A DNA stretch of 64,000 nt from Octopus vulgaris (taxonomy: Eukaryota): assembly GCA_951406725.2 (NCBI GenBank), contig OX597833.1:25792001-25856000 (forward strand), written 5' to 3'. The notes below the pieces were generated by a model. The model was not told the origin of the DNA. It made no database searches and was given only the letters and a program-made list of their open reading frames with translations. Made by a program: the position numbers and the translations under genes. Shown piece by piece: positions 29,545 to 43,647 of this stretch; within the stretch, counting starts at the first letter, position 1, and the number at the start of each line of letters is the position of its first letter.

Positions 29545-31661
29545 GACTAGAAGTAGTGCGTGGGAAGCAACCAGATCTAAGATTAACTAATGCATTGGTG
29601 AGTAAATTGGAAGGGCCCAGGGCCAGATTCAGTTCAAGGGTACTGTCTAAAGAAATTCAGTAGTTTATATGGGAGGTTGAGGGAACAGCTTCAAGATTGC
29701 CCTAATGGAGGAATACTACCAGATTGGATGATTAGAGAGAGGACCATACTTATTATGAATGACAAGAGTAAGGGTAATACAGATAGCAACTATTGACCAA
29801 TCACTTGCTTACCATTAATTTAGAAGATATTAACAGGAATACTTTCGGACAGTGTTTACTAGAACCTTGACAACCAGGATTTACTACCAGAAGAACAGAA
29901 AGATTGCAGGAAGAAGGCTAGAAGAAGGCATTATCTATTATATATAGACAAAGCATTTCTAAATGAAATAAGAGCTAGAAAGAAAAATCTAGCAATAGCA
30001 TGGATAGATAATAGGAAGGCCTATGACATGATCCCATACTCAGGGATAAGTGAATGCTTGGGTATATTTAGTGTACCAGACAACATAAAAGAATTAATTA
30101 GCTTTAGAATGAAGAAATGGAAAGTAGATCTCTACTCACGTGATGATTTCTTAGGGAAAGTTAATATCAAAAGAGGAATTTTCCAGGGTGACTCGTTGTC
30201 CCCTTTAATATTTGCCTTACGTTTGATTCCCCTCATTTTAGTATTAAAGAAGTTATCAATTCAGAAATTGTAACAGAAAAATCAACCATTTGCTGTACAT
30301 GGATGATCTGAAACGTTTTAACAAGAATAAGAAAGAGATAGATTCCTTAATAGAGACTGCAAAACTCTTTAGCAAAGATATAGGCATGGAATTTGGTATA
30401 GATAAGTGTGTAATATTAGTAATGAGAAGGGGACAGGTAGTCAACAGCGAAGTCATCCAATTAAAAGATGGCCAGACATTAAAATCATTGAAAGGAGAAG
30501 AGAGTTATAAGTATCTAGGAGCATAAGAATTTGACAAAGCATTAACTACAGAAATGAAAAGAAAATTGAGGAGTACATCAGAAGTGTGGGGAAGCTATTG
30601 AAGTCAAAGCTGGATGATCCGGGACAGCATCATTACTTAGATACTCAGTAGCTCTTGCAGATTGGGCAAAAACTGAATTAGCAAAGCTAGACGGAAAATC
30701 TAAGAAGGAATTCAATATGAACGGAGGACTCCACACAGTGGCAGGTGCAGCAACATTATACCTACCTCGGAATGAAGGTGGAGGAGGTTTAATATCAGTA
30801 CAAGACTGCGTGGAGTAAGCTAGAGTAGATACAGTCTCCTATGTAGGTAATAGTGAAGGAAGTTTATTAAGAGCTGCTAGAGCCACAGTAAGACATAGAA
30901 AACCTAAACACTAAACGAAGTTAAAAACCAGAAAAAAGAATAGAAATTATCTGACTGATAGGAGAAGGCGTGGCATGGTTGATTTCCACAGGAAGTTTCA
31001 GCAAATAGTACTGATGGGATATGGTTATAGCTGCAAAAAGGAAAGCTGAAGAGGGAGACAGAAAGTTTGTTAGTAGCAGCACAAGATCAAGCATTAAGGA
31101 CTAATTGGAAAGAAGCCATGATAAACAAAAAACTAAGTAGATTCCCAATGTAGGTTATGCAAATAAAAAAAGGAAAGCGTTACTCAAGAAAAGACATGAC
31201 AATCTAGGGAGAGCAAATTATTAGGAGCAATGTAGAAAACTGATAAATGGTATGAACATGAGCTTAGTAAAGCACTAGCGTAATAGAAGCTAGAAGACCT
31301 GATGTGATAAAGAGAATAGAAAGTGTCAGATAATTGACTTTACAGTCCCAAATTATGAAAAAATTAATCTGAGAAGTATAGAAAAGATAACAAAGTACCA
31401 GGACCTAGAAATTGAACTACAGAGACTATGGAAAGTGTTGGTAAAATGTATCACAGTAGTTATAGGTGCATTGAGAACTATCCCTAAAGATCTGAACAGA
31501 TGGACAAAGGAAATAGGCATAAAACCTAGTTTAGTACAGCTCCAGAAAACAATGTTATTAGGAACAGCTAGGATATTTAGGAAGGTTATTGGCATCTAAG
31601 GTTACTTGTTGTAGTCCGATGTTAGGATTCTTTAGTTTTCAACAGTCTAATCTGATGTATT

Positions 31662-31662
<1 letters not shown>
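29545..31662 (+). mobile_element. Dong/R4-clade non-LTR retrotransposon, 5'-truncated and decayed (RT plus RLE), ending in (TAA)n
   Basis: NY*PITCLP, WIDNRKAYDMIP, RGIFQGDSLSPLIF, HLLYMDDLK, DIGMEFGIDKC, YKYLG, LYLPR.EGGGGL, AAQDQALRT, KITKYQDL, LQKTMLLGTARI; many stops. Confidence 0.93.
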
Positions 31663-31742
<80 letters not shown>

Positions 31743-32544
31743 TATGATGATGATGATGATGATGATGATGATAATAATAATAATGATAATAATAATAATT
31801 ATTATTATTATTATTTCTATTGTCATTTCTATATGCATTCATAGATAATATATATTTATACAGAATACACCTATACGTACACACACACTTACGTTCATGC
31901 ATATGTATAAGTCTAATTGTGTTTACAATGCAGTCAAATTATTGATACTAGAATACCTGATTCACAATGATTTATATTGCCAGCAAATTGTAAGCAAGAA
32001 ACAAGAGTGTTATTTAAACGTGTTTACAATTACGTGTGCACATTATGCCTGGGGAGAACCACAATTTCATCAACAGACATTATACAAATACAGATAATCA
32101 AATAATATATCTTCCAAAATTAAGCTAATGTCATCCATGACCCTAAGTTCGTCAGAGGAAATAAAAGAAAATATCTTAAGTACAGTGGAAGTATATCTAG
32201 CAGTTGACGTAAGCACAAAATTTTGCTGTGAATGGTCCACAAATATTCCCTCTTCCATAAACCGAACAGATGAAAAATTGGATAGATTCTCTTGTTTGAA
32301 TGGATGCTAATGAATAATATTCTATAACGATATACTTCAGGAGCCCAAAAGTCGAATAAATATTCTAAAGCTATCTCATAATATAATAAATAACAGAATT
32401 TTCGGCGCAAAATCGCCTTATGCCCAGTGCACCAAATCGTATACAATAGTTATTTGCACACACAGATATACATATGCATGCGCACATACGTACGCACGTA
32501 CGCATTCATAAATATGTATACACACACACACAGCACTCCCCACA

Positions 32545-32653
<109 letters not shown>

Positions 32654-32654
32654 A

Positions 32655-32899
32655 ATGCGCCCTTTTAAAGCCTAGCCAGGCTCATGGGCCCAGTTTCCCG
32701 GTTTCCATGGCGTATGTGTTCCCAAGCAGGATGGGACGCCAGTCCATCGCAGCGTTACTCATTTTTATCAGCTGATTGGACTGGAGCAACGTGAAATGAA
32801 GTGTTTTGCTCAAGAACACAACGCGTCGCCCGGTCCAGGAATTGAAACCACAATCTTACGATCATGATGCTGACACCCTTACCACTAAACCACACGCCT

Positions 32900-32902
<3 letters not shown>
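32655..32902 (-). mobile_element. tRNA-derived SINE, head B plus tail X
   Basis: Head as at 27348; tail as at 14325-14430. Confidence 0.82.
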
Positions 32903-32942
<40 letters not shown>

Positions 32943-32959
32943 TACACACACATATATAT

Positions 32960-32991
<32 letters not shown>

Positions 32992-33834
32992 GTAAACACT
33001 TGTGTATATATGTATCGTTACGCGCATATTGTAAATTTTAGGGTTCATTCTGTTCATATTTTGCTTGTTGCTTCCGTTCTTAAAATCTTCTCCACTAATG
33101 CTAATGTTAAATATTCATTAACTGTAAGGGATTCGTGCAATTTGGTAATCTGGATAAATTATATGAATCTTCATTGTTTTAAATGAATTTCCCGCCACTG
33201 AACAAATATCCTGTTATTTTACTATCAATTTCCGTAGTGAAATGAACTCTAGCTAATTGTATACATAAATGCGAGTCTCGTTTTTTTCATGAAATACCAA
33301 ATGCATTATAGTTCTTATATTTTTAATAGTGCGCTTACTAGATTGAGGCTATCAGAACTGAATGACTTCCCAACATATTTGAAGTTGATAGTTTGTTCAT
33401 TTTGATTTTACCTTCACTATTTCCACAGATAAAAACTTCCGAGCAGCAAAGGCTGTTGGATTGATAACAGGAGGGTTACGATTAGAAGAAATAGTGCTCA
33501 AACGAGGGAAGTGTATATAGAAGAAATTTAATGAATATCATCTCGGTGACTATCTGATGGAGGAGGTGGACGATAAGGTTTGTGAGTATATTTGAAATCC
33601 CGTCCCGTATGAAAGACATAACATTACTGAGTAAACGTGCGCCAAATTTATGGTGCTTGTTATCAATGGTTTCTTTGTCTCACTCTTCATGTTTTGCTTA
33701 ACTCTAGATGGTTTCAGAAAATATTAGAGAAATAATTGAAATGTTGAGATACTTTTTGAATTAATTTCTCTATTTCTCAATATTTCTCAAATGCTATATA
33801 TTTGTTGATACTCCAGGTATATATTCATCAAGTA

Positions 33835-33878
<44 letters not shown>

Positions 33879-33964
33879 TAATATATAAATAAAATGATAA
33901 TAATAATAATAATAATGATAATAACCTATAAGTTTAAAGCTTATAAGCGATCACCGTGCGATGT

Positions 33965-34042
33965 CTAAGGAAACTCGTCTAATAATGGGGCATATAAGCG
34001 TACGAGGTCTTATACACCCCATTATTAGACCGTTTTCTTTAG
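33965..34042 (-). other. 78-nt stem-loop with pre-miRNA-like geometry
   Basis: Minus strand GUCUAAUAAUGGGGUGUAUAAG / CUUAUAUGCCCCAUUAUUAGAC gives 22 bp with 2 G.U, a 10-nt loop and an imperfect lower stem. Confidence 0.45.
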
Positions 34043-34537
34043 TCTTCTTTAGTCAAGCTCATAAAATACTAATATTATTACTTACAGGATTGTAAAAATC
34101 GACGCTGTTTAACAAAAACCATCGCATAAATATATATAGGCAACATTAAATCTCTGAGCGAGATGTAAACAGTAGCAATACGGAATTGTAACATTATTGC
34201 CAACCAAGTGTTGCATCCCAAATGGGGGTAGTGCTACTGAAGACATCACCTCCAGCTGACTAACGACACACAATCTAAGTCCGATTAGTATTTGCGAGGA
34301 CATGTCATCACTCCTATCCCTAGCCTTACGTGATACGCACAGACTCGAGTTTCTGGATGATTAGTCGTCCTCTGTGTGCGTTAATCACCAGCTACTGATG
34401 AAAACTCACCCCACTCGCAAAATACTATATGCTTTTCCAGCGACGAACCGTCGCTCATCTAGAAAGAGGAGAAACAAAGCTATATTAAATCTCTGAACTA
34501 GATGTAAGCAGTAGCAATACGGAATCGTAACATATAA

Positions 34538-34748
34538 TTGCTAACCAAGTGTGGTGTCCCAAACGGGATAGTGCTACTGACCTTTTATAGACCCAGGAAG
34601 ACATTTCCTCTAGTTGGCGAATGGCACACATTCTGTGTTCGATTAGTATTTGTGAATGTGTGTCATTAGCCAGCTGGAGGAGATATCTTCCTGGGGCTAT
34701 AAAAGTCAGTAGCACCATCCCGTTAGGGACGCCACACTTGGTTGGCAA
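34538..34748. repeat. Palindromic (MITE-like) element, arms about 95 bp; left part also present as a direct repeat at about 34145-34300
   Basis: ttgctaaccaagtgtggtgtccc...ggcacacattc / gaatgtgtgtc...gggacgccacacttggttggcaa. Confidence 0.8.
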
Positions 34749-36330
34749 ATACATATGTATATATATATATATATATATATACATATACACACACAAAATG
34801 GGACAAGAACGCAAAACATCCGGATAGCTAGGTGAAACAAAAAAGGACAACAAAACATCCAGGTAGACGATACAAAGAAAACAAGGATGGGGCATTCAAA
34901 GTTTTCTTTCCTCAGTCAAGCACCAGATTATCCTCGCAATTTCGGCTGATTATTCTTGAGATTGCTCCAATCTGGCCAGCCCCAAGGAAAAACTAAGCTA
35001 AGAGCATTAGATTGCTTGGCAGAAAGCAGTGAAGGTATACAAAAACAAGGACGGAAAAAAACAGACAAAGATACACAAATATAAATACAATAAAAATAAT
35101 AACCGTGCATACCAACATGTGTCTTTTGATTAAGGACGAATTGAATTAAGCTGGCGCGTGTGGAATAACGAAGAGTGATAATGAGTGCTCAACACCGCAT
35201 TGGTGGGTTAATATTCTTTAGTTGTAGATTAATAAGGCTACTAATGTTTCCATGAGGAAAAAAATGACACACACAAACATACACTCACACACATACACTC
35301 ACACTCACACACGTACACTTACGCATTCATGATTTGAAGTGTAAATCTTGAATTTGATACATCTACAAATAATAAAAAATATTGAAGTGTCTCACAATCC
35401 TCTTGGTTGGAAAAATAGGCTACCTGCAGGATTTGAACCTATAGCTTTTTCTACTTATGTTAGAATTTCTACCTATCTCGCTAAACTAAATTTTACAGAT
35501 TCACGTACGTGCCAGTGCGTGTGTCCATGCGTGCATGTGTTTATCGTGCACGTATTCGCGCGTAACAGGTGTTCGAAAGTCGAACGCATCCTTAAACTAT
35601 GATCAACTAAGTTTACTATGTAAACTCATATTCCCTCCAACCAAACGATGTTTTGTTAATATTTCTGTTTTGCATCTTTCTTTCTTTCAATTTCCGATGT
35701 TAAGCGATATATTGTTCTTGGTATCAGTAAATCGAAATCTTATATTATTTTATGCAACGTGAAACTTTTATGTAACAGAAATCGCCACAGTCACAGAGAA
35801 TGTTAATCATTGTACAAACATTCCTTCGCTGCTTCGATAGCTTCATTGGAAATTGACCTGTAGAGTAAACTGTTTTTAATCTATCTGTCTCTCTATCGAT
35901 GCATAATTCCGCGTGGGTTATTTTTTGCTTTATGTTGCATATGTGTGTGTATGTGTGTGTATGTGTGTGTGTATGTGTGTGTGTGTACGTATACACACAC
36001 ATACACACACAAAGGAAACTTTTAGAGGAATGTTTTTACTGTACTACATTGATGTTACAAATGCAATACACTGATATGTTTCACTCTGTCTTGTTTCATG
36101 TATATGCATGGCACCTTGGGCAAGTGTCTTCTACTACAGCCTCGATGATGACGAAAGCCTTGTAAGTCGATTCGGTAGAAGGAAACTGAATAAAGCACGT
36201 CCTATATATACATGTTTATATATTTGTTTGTGTGTCTCTGCTTGTCCCCCCCCCCCCCCCCACCATCGATTAACAACAGATGTCGGCGTGTTTACGTCCG
36301 TATAACTTAGCACTTCGGCAAAAGACACCC

Positions 36331-36397
<67 letters not shown>

Positions 36398-36603
36398 CGC
36401 AAAATATCAATATATTGTATCATATTACATCAATGTTGTATAGTCATATATATATATATGTATGTATGTACATATTCTATTGATAATCTTTGCCGAACCA
36501 CAATGTTGCGGGTATGCAAACACGCAAGAACCGGTTATCAAGTGGTTGGGGGGGGGGGGACAAAAAACAGGCACAAAGACACACACACACATATATGTAT
36601 ATT

Positions 36604-36791
36604 ACTCTATTACTTGTTTCAGTCATTTGACTGTGGCCATGCTGGAGCACCGCCTTTAGTCGAGCAAATCGACTCCAGAACTTATTCTTTATAAGCCTAG
36701 TACTTATTCTATCGGTCTCTTTTGCCGAACCGCTAAGTTACGTCGACGTAAACACACCACCATCGGGGCAAACACAAACAAATACACACAC

Positions 36792-36827
<36 letters not shown>

Positions 36828-36948
36828 GTCAGGCTTCTTTCAGTTTCCGTCTACCAAATCAACTCACTAGGCTACAGTAGCAGACACTTGCCCAAGGTGC
36901 CACCATGTGGTTGGTAAGCAAATTACTTACCACACAGCCACTCCTATG

Positions 36949-36952
<4 letters not shown>
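36604..36952 (-). mobile_element. SINE family D copy
   Basis: Reverse complement of 14695-14865 plus 15311-15500, with an internal TA tract. Confidence 0.85.
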
Positions 36953-36998
<46 letters not shown>

Positions 36999-37806
36999 TG
37001 CGTGACCACTAAGCCATGAGTAGTAACATTTATGCATGATACTTAATACAAATACACTGTGACAAGTAAAATTTACTGCTGTGTGCGTCCGGAGATAATA
37101 TCTCCTATGTAGGTGTTGTGTTTAAAAAATTAATTCGTATATATTGAATGAAGAAGGAAATACTTGCTACAATAAGTAAGTCAATAGAATTTAGTTACAT
37201 AGATATGCATTTCTCAAAAATCCCATGTGAATGAAAGAAACGAGAATTGGCATCCTGGTGTATGAAAGATATTGTTTGGTCAACAAAAAATAAAACATTC
37301 AAAACCCACGAAACCGGAGGTAAAATTCATTCTCACTTCATAAGAAATGCTTCCCACTTCTACACAAGCAAACACTCGTGCATTGATTACTATTTTTCGC
37401 CTTACAGTAATTGACACAAAGACAGCTATTTACTAGAAAGTTATACTAGTTGTCTGATCATACATACACGCGCACACGCGCACACACACAAACAGACACA
37501 CACACACACACTCACTCACATACATGTCTGTATTTCTGCATGTGTGCGTGCATATGTGTATACCATTTACATACGCACTCACATACACACATATATATAT
37601 AATGGAATAATTTTTGTTTTTTATAAAATGTTATGTCCCTCTTGTACATCATATAGATTTATATGAACAGTTAATAGTAGAGGCAGAATAAAGCATTGGC
37701 AAACACCCTTCTACAGAAATGTTCATTTCTGATACCAGAAAATTTGAAATAAATTATATATGAAAAACAGCAACAGCAGCAGCGGAAAATGTAGCAAAAT
37801 GTACAG

Positions 37807-37909
<103 letters not shown>

Positions 37910-38048
37910 TATTAGTACAGAGATATATATATATAGAGAGAAAAAGAGAGTGTGTAGTATATATATATATATATATACATATATATAGGTATGTAGGTAG
38001 GTAGGTAGGTAGGTAAGTAGGTACACACACACACACATATATATGTAT

Positions 38049-38086
<38 letters not shown>

Positions 38087-38221
38087 GAAACTTACTTGGA
38101 AGAGGAAGCGTGGCGTTGGATCATATAATAATATAAATGATACATAAATATATGCGTATATACATACATATATTTACAAACCTACATATATATGTATATA
38201 TACATGCATGTATGGGTACAT

Positions 38222-38620
38222 GACTTCTTTTCGAACAACGAAAAAGCAAACAGAGAACCGAGACATGCAACATAAAGAACATTCCCTTCATCAGTTGTCC
38301 CTGTTTAATCTACTCCGCGTCACGAAGGTGAGGACAATACGTGACATAATTTTTCACATCGTCTTGGCTTAACAACCCTCACTGTTTGTTTTTAATGTCT
38401 CACTATCCTGCTTTTGCTACCACTTTCACCCTCCGCAAATAATACCAAATTTTAATTAATTTGCTTTGCGGGAAGGACTGTTTCAATGAAGTCGCGTATT
38501 GTCCTTACCTTCGGAACGCGGAGTATTTGAAACAGGGAAAACTGATGAAGGGAATGTTGTTTATGTTGCATGTCTCTGTTCTCTGTTTGTTTGTTTCTTT
38601 CGTTGTTCGAAAAAAAAGTC
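38222..38620. repeat. Diverged inverted repeat (arms about 125 bp) of a Penelope-like terminal repeat
   Basis: Arms 38222-38346 and 38491-38620; carries a ctgatgaaggg / cccttcatcag half-core but no intact hammerhead. Confidence 0.75.
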
Positions 38621-38892
38621 GTTTTCTATATTTTTGTTCATGTTTTCGTTTCTCATATAGGGTGTGTGTGTATGTATATATATATGCATGTATGAGCGTT
38701 ATCAAACACATATACTTGATGAAAAGGAGTAGCGTATTTACCGGAAGGCTGCGATTTAGAGAGGTGCAGAATACTATTACTTGTATTATTTATAATATTA
38801 TATGATTGAACGCCACGCCCGGCCCAGGAATCGAAACCGCAATCTTACGATCATGATGCTGACACCCTTACTACTAAGCCACGCGCCTCAAC

Positions 38893-39404
38893 ATTTAAAG
38901 TATAATTGTAAATATATAATTATAAATAAGAGCACTGGAGGAACAGCGTCTATACCCATGAAATAGACATCAAAAGGCTCCAAAGCACTTAAGTTAGCAC
39001 TCCGTTTATCACAAGGCCGTATGTAAGGAAAATGGACAAAAAAGGATTTGTAAAATATTGATAACCATATATCTAAGATTCCATGTTTTGCAATATTAAA
39101 TTTGCTTTCTGATCATCAGTAGGGTACACCGACCGTAAATACATGTGGAATACATATACATACCCATAGGGATAAACTCAAATATACGAATATACACATA
39201 TATTTCGCACATATATACGAAGTAAACCCTCGTCCCTGTGTGTATTTTCTCAGAATAATACCGCAGTAAATATGTTTGTGGAGTTAATAAGGTGGAGTGA
39301 ATAAATATTGTGATAAACGGAGTGCGAACGGTTTGTTGTCAGTTAATTCTATTTCAAGCATACATCATTATTTGTAATTATATATTTATAATTATACTTT
39401 AAAT
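38893..39404. mobile_element. Putative MITE with 37-bp AT-rich terminal inverted repeats
   Basis: atttaaagtataattgtaaatatataattataaataa versus the reverse complement of 39368-39404: 35/37 match. Confidence 0.55.
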
Positions 39405-39488
39405 ATTTATTTAACCCATATGTTTCTTTTGTACGCTAGCCACTGATAAATCATTAATTACTGACTTTTTAAAAATTAATTATATATA

Positions 39489-39720
39489 TTCGGTTGGTGC
39501 ATAACTATTGCGGCTTTTATTCAACAAATTTTATTCAACAAAACAATAAAAAATATACAAAAGCATCTTTGAATCATTATTCCGGAGCATATTCACTATC
39601 TACTTTAATTACTGCTTCCCATTTGCTTCACAGACCATCATTTAAAGATGTTGTTAAATATTGTTATTGTTGAATAAAATTTGTTGAAAAATAAGCCGCA
39701 ATAATTATGCACCAGCTCTC
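39489..39720. mobile_element. Mariner-derived MITE (Hsmar1/MADE1-like TIR)
   Basis: ttcggttggtgcataactattgcggc / gccgcaataattatgcaccagc, plus sub-terminal inverted ttcaacaaattttattcaaca; preceded by TA. Confidence 0.8.
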
Positions 39721-41406
39721 TCTATATATACCTACACATTCGAGTACTGAGTTTTACTTCAGTTGTTCCTTCTACGGAACTGATATATAATTACAACGAA
39801 GAAATTTTCCTTTAGATCAAGCCAATATCTAACCTGCAGTTAAGATATTCTGCAATACGTTAACTTTTAACAGCGTTTGAATATGGCGACGAAAATCTTC
39901 ATAATTTTATTTCACCTGGTTTATATGAAGCTTTATTTCCTGCCAATGATGGCATTATATGATTTATTCGATCCATCCATTTTCACTTCCTGAAACAGGG
40001 CTATTTTCCCTTTTCTCTCTCTCTTCAATTCTCTCACTCCTTTTCTTTCTCTGTCTCTTTACATTAACACATACACGTATTTGTATATATCTGCGTGTGA
40101 CTTCTTACATATGTGTGCTTGCATGTGTCTATAGGAATATATCTGTCTGTCTGACTGCCCATTTATCTGTCGGTCTGTCTACATACATACATACAAACAT
40201 ATTCATACGTACACACACACACGAGTGTATATGCTGTATATACCAATGGTTCAGGTGATCGGTTCAGTGTCATGAAGTCCCTAATTTAGCATTTGTTCAT
40301 GGGCAACTATATTCTAGTGCTCTGTTAAGTTAACGGTTTGAAAAAGAGACCCATTGAATAAATACCATGCTTTAAAAAACAAGTAGCTGTGTCGATTCGT
40401 TCGACTAAACCCTTCAAGACTTTGCTCCAGCATGGTCCATGGTCCTAGTCGAATGGCCGAAACAAGTAAAAGATAAAATACAAAAGGTATATATATACAT
40501 ATGTGGTAGATTCTCCTGTTGTAGGCCAAAGATGACGATTCTGGATTTTGTTGCTTTGTTCATCTCAAATGTTTGAGCTGTACATTAAATCATTCCCTTC
40601 TTCAAATTGATATTGCCTGTACACAAGCACGGTATGCCACGCTTTAGAGGCCGAAGAGATCGCAGAGAAACGTGAAATGAAGTATTTTACAGAAGAACAT
40701 GTTGCATCAGAAATGGAATACTCAACCACTAGGCCTAACCACTAAGTCACACGTCTTTACACTCACACTTACATACCTGCATATACATACACACACACAA
40801 ACACTCATGCGCATGCTATAGAAGCGACAGGAGAAACGGAACTTAGTACTCAACTTATTAGGTTACAGCTGTTTCCGCTATAAGTGAAATTAGAGCTGAG
40901 TGCTTGTATATCACCTTATAGCAACCGCAGAGCCTCTTAAATCAAGTGCAGGTTTATTTGGGAAAACATCTTTTATATGGAAATGATCACCTCCGAAAAT
41001 GTAAAACTACATGGAAGATGGTTTGTAGAGTTTGGGGGAAGGAAATCACTCCCAGTAATTTGTAGATTTAGATAATGATTTGTATTCGCAGAGTCGTGTA
41101 ATGAACCCGAATATAAATACGTATATACTGAGAATATTCCAATACAGATCATGGTGGAACACAAGAGCCACGCTATTCAAGAGACTTTCACTGCTTCTTA
41201 ATTGTTACTTCTCCGGTGCAGTAGACGCAGATGGCAAGCGTTGAAATGACCAAAGATAATTATTCGGTTAGAGTCAGTATGGATATCAATGAGCTATTTA
41301 ACCCCGGTGATCATAACATGATTCTATACCTGTGACCTGGTTTGTGTGTAAAAATATCACGTGTCTAGTGCTGCGCTTATGACAATAAGGGTTTTCTAAC
41401 ATAATG

Positions 41407-41444
<38 letters not shown>

Positions 41445-41661
41445 TGTGTGTGTGTTTTTCTCTTTGTGTGCAAAATAATAAAATAGCAGTAGCTGCAGTT
41501 GGAACGTCTTTTATAATAGGTTGTCTCGATCAAAGTTGACTAGACGTTCAGCTGCAACGAGATCATGTCTACTAACTCAACGGCACGATAGTGATCTGCA
41601 GATGCATTATTCTCATACGTAAAAAAGTGAGAAAATCACAATTTAAAGCAGGTATACTTAC

Positions 41662-41836
41662 AAAGTGAGCTTTCCACCTTCTCTATGGAATCTGTGATTT
41701 GTTGACGTTCTTCTTCTTCTTCTGTGTAGGCGCGAACATTGCTGAGCATGAGAGGTAGTTTGGTACAGTGCTGAATGGGAGCGACTAGCAGATCAGGTAC
41801 CTGTAGTCTGTTACAGCGAGCGTCTTGTTCACACCA
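41662..41836 (-). CDS. PLEKHG7: PLEKHG7-like exon (DH CR3), WCEQDARCNRLQVPDLLVAPIQHCTKLPLMLSNVRAYTEEEEERQQITDSIEKVESSL
   Basis: ttttccaatgcag|TGG ... CTT T|gtaagt; 175 nt, phase 0-1; resembles the PLEKHG7 WCEQ..C.RL.VP.LLVAP.Q segment. Confidence 0.95.
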
Positions 41837-42009
41837 CTGCATTGGAAAATAGATATATGTGAGAGTGTATGTGCGTGTATATGTGTGTTGGCTCACATGT
41901 GTATGTGTGCCTTGGCAAGTGTGTGTGTGTGTGTGAAAGTATGTGTGTAAAAGTGTGTGTTTGTGAAAGTATATATGTGTGTGTGTGTGTGTGTTCTGTA
42001 AACTTATGT

Positions 42010-43300
42010 AGAAAACTTAAAATTAGTCAATCCACAGAGTGAAGTGTATACTTTTTGGTGATCAGTTAGGTAAGTATCCATTCCATTGTGACGCGGAGTT
42101 GCACGCCCGAAATATGGCGTGCGAGCGGACATACAATAAATAATAAATGTTTGATTTGTCCACTGGTAATTGTTTGTTCTAACGCCCAAGATTGTTAAAC
42201 GGATGCTCAATGTTTCACTCCTTTAGAAAGAGAGCATCACGTCAGTAAGAAGTTAGAGGATTTGGGCATCGGTTGTGTGGCTGATTCTTTTTTCGGTTGG
42301 AGCGTGTCACTTGAAAAGTAACATTGTCCACGCAGGAATAGCTACCTTTTACACTGTGTGTATCGAAAATTTAGTTGCATTTGTGTTTTGGTTACTAGTG
42401 CTGAAATAAAACCCCTGAGGATATCAGTGGTAATATCCACGCTGGAGTGTAGATGATATCAAGTTGTCTCTTTCATCTTGATTCCACTCTGCTGCAATCA
42501 ACAGAAGAAATGGCTTTCTATAAGGGTGGTGTTTATTTCTGCTTCAATTTAATGATGTATCTAGGCAGTTGATTTATCTTTAAGTCTCTACTGATAATTA
42601 TGTTTAAACCCTATTCCTTAAATATTGCTATCAAATCCTTTCTAAATCCTAGGGTATGGGCATATTTTTGTAACGGCATCGAGGATCCAGTAACGCATGT
42701 GCATAGTGCATCAATTTTATCATAGGTCTTCATTGAAGTGCCAAACAATGTAGTGTCTTTTTCTTTAATCCAGGCATACAGCGAAGTCACGGGAATGCAG
42801 TATGGCAGGTTGGGAAGAGGCAGCGGAAGAGCTCAAGAATCAACGGTACTTCTTACATTGATGCTGAGCGGTGAAATCTTAGAAGCTCAACGGTCAAGAT
42901 CACCAAACTCTATCAAGAGAGCAACTGCAACACATCCATAAGGGTGACGACAATGGTGGTGTAATCAGCTAATGAAACAGTATGATTCAAATCTGAGGGT
43001 TCTGTCCCCATGACTCTCTGAGGAATCCTGGGCGGAGTAGTGACAGAGAGTTATGGGAATCCGTGCGAGCAGCGCGACCAAAATTGTAGGACGAGGCATT
43101 TAGAGAAGTATAGATAAAAGCCGACGACTTAGTCTAAAATTTATCCACTGGGTGCTTTGTTGAGGAAGGAAGAAGCGTAAAATCACTTCGAAATGATAGC
43201 ACTGACACTGGCTGGTTCTAAACTCGTAGTATTCCTAATTTGGACATCAGTTGCATCTTCAATTATGGATGTGTTGATTCCTTTGTTAGAGTATGGTAAA
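42010..43300 (-). mobile_element. Decayed Penelope-like element (RT region and linker)
   Basis: Fragments AWIKEKD..LF.TSMK.YD, RKDLIAIFKE*GLNI and IFDTHSVKGSYSCVDNV match Penelope-type RT motifs (LFDVTMGS.DG; K.SYSC..N). Confidence 0.7.
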
Positions 43301-43606
43301 TCCTTCTATATAGTCTATTTTGGACGTCAAAATTACATGGACGATTTTGGACGTTAAATTTGTTTTACTTTCACTTTAATAGAAGTACACACGTGAAGCC
43401 TTTTTGTGTTTAATTCCTATGTTCTTTGCAACTATGTAGATATTGAAGCGTTGTTTAAATGATTTCATGTAACTGCTTTGGAAGGTTGCTAGTGTGGACA
43501 CAGCTTCTACCATTCATCATATTTTGCGTAATATTATTATTATATATATTTATCTGTGTATGTATGTGCGTGCATGTGTATGTGCCTGTGTGTTCGTGCG
43601 TGCACA

Positions 43607-43647
<41 letters not shown>

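Noticed and set aside
32070-32446. Overlapping complex-looking ORFs on both strands
   Set aside because: No recognisable motif, no compatible splice sites, and the gene model is complete without them.
34797-35100. CTGAGGA (minus) in a TA-flanked repeat as another hammerhead
   Set aside because: No GAAA or stem III in register; too degenerate.
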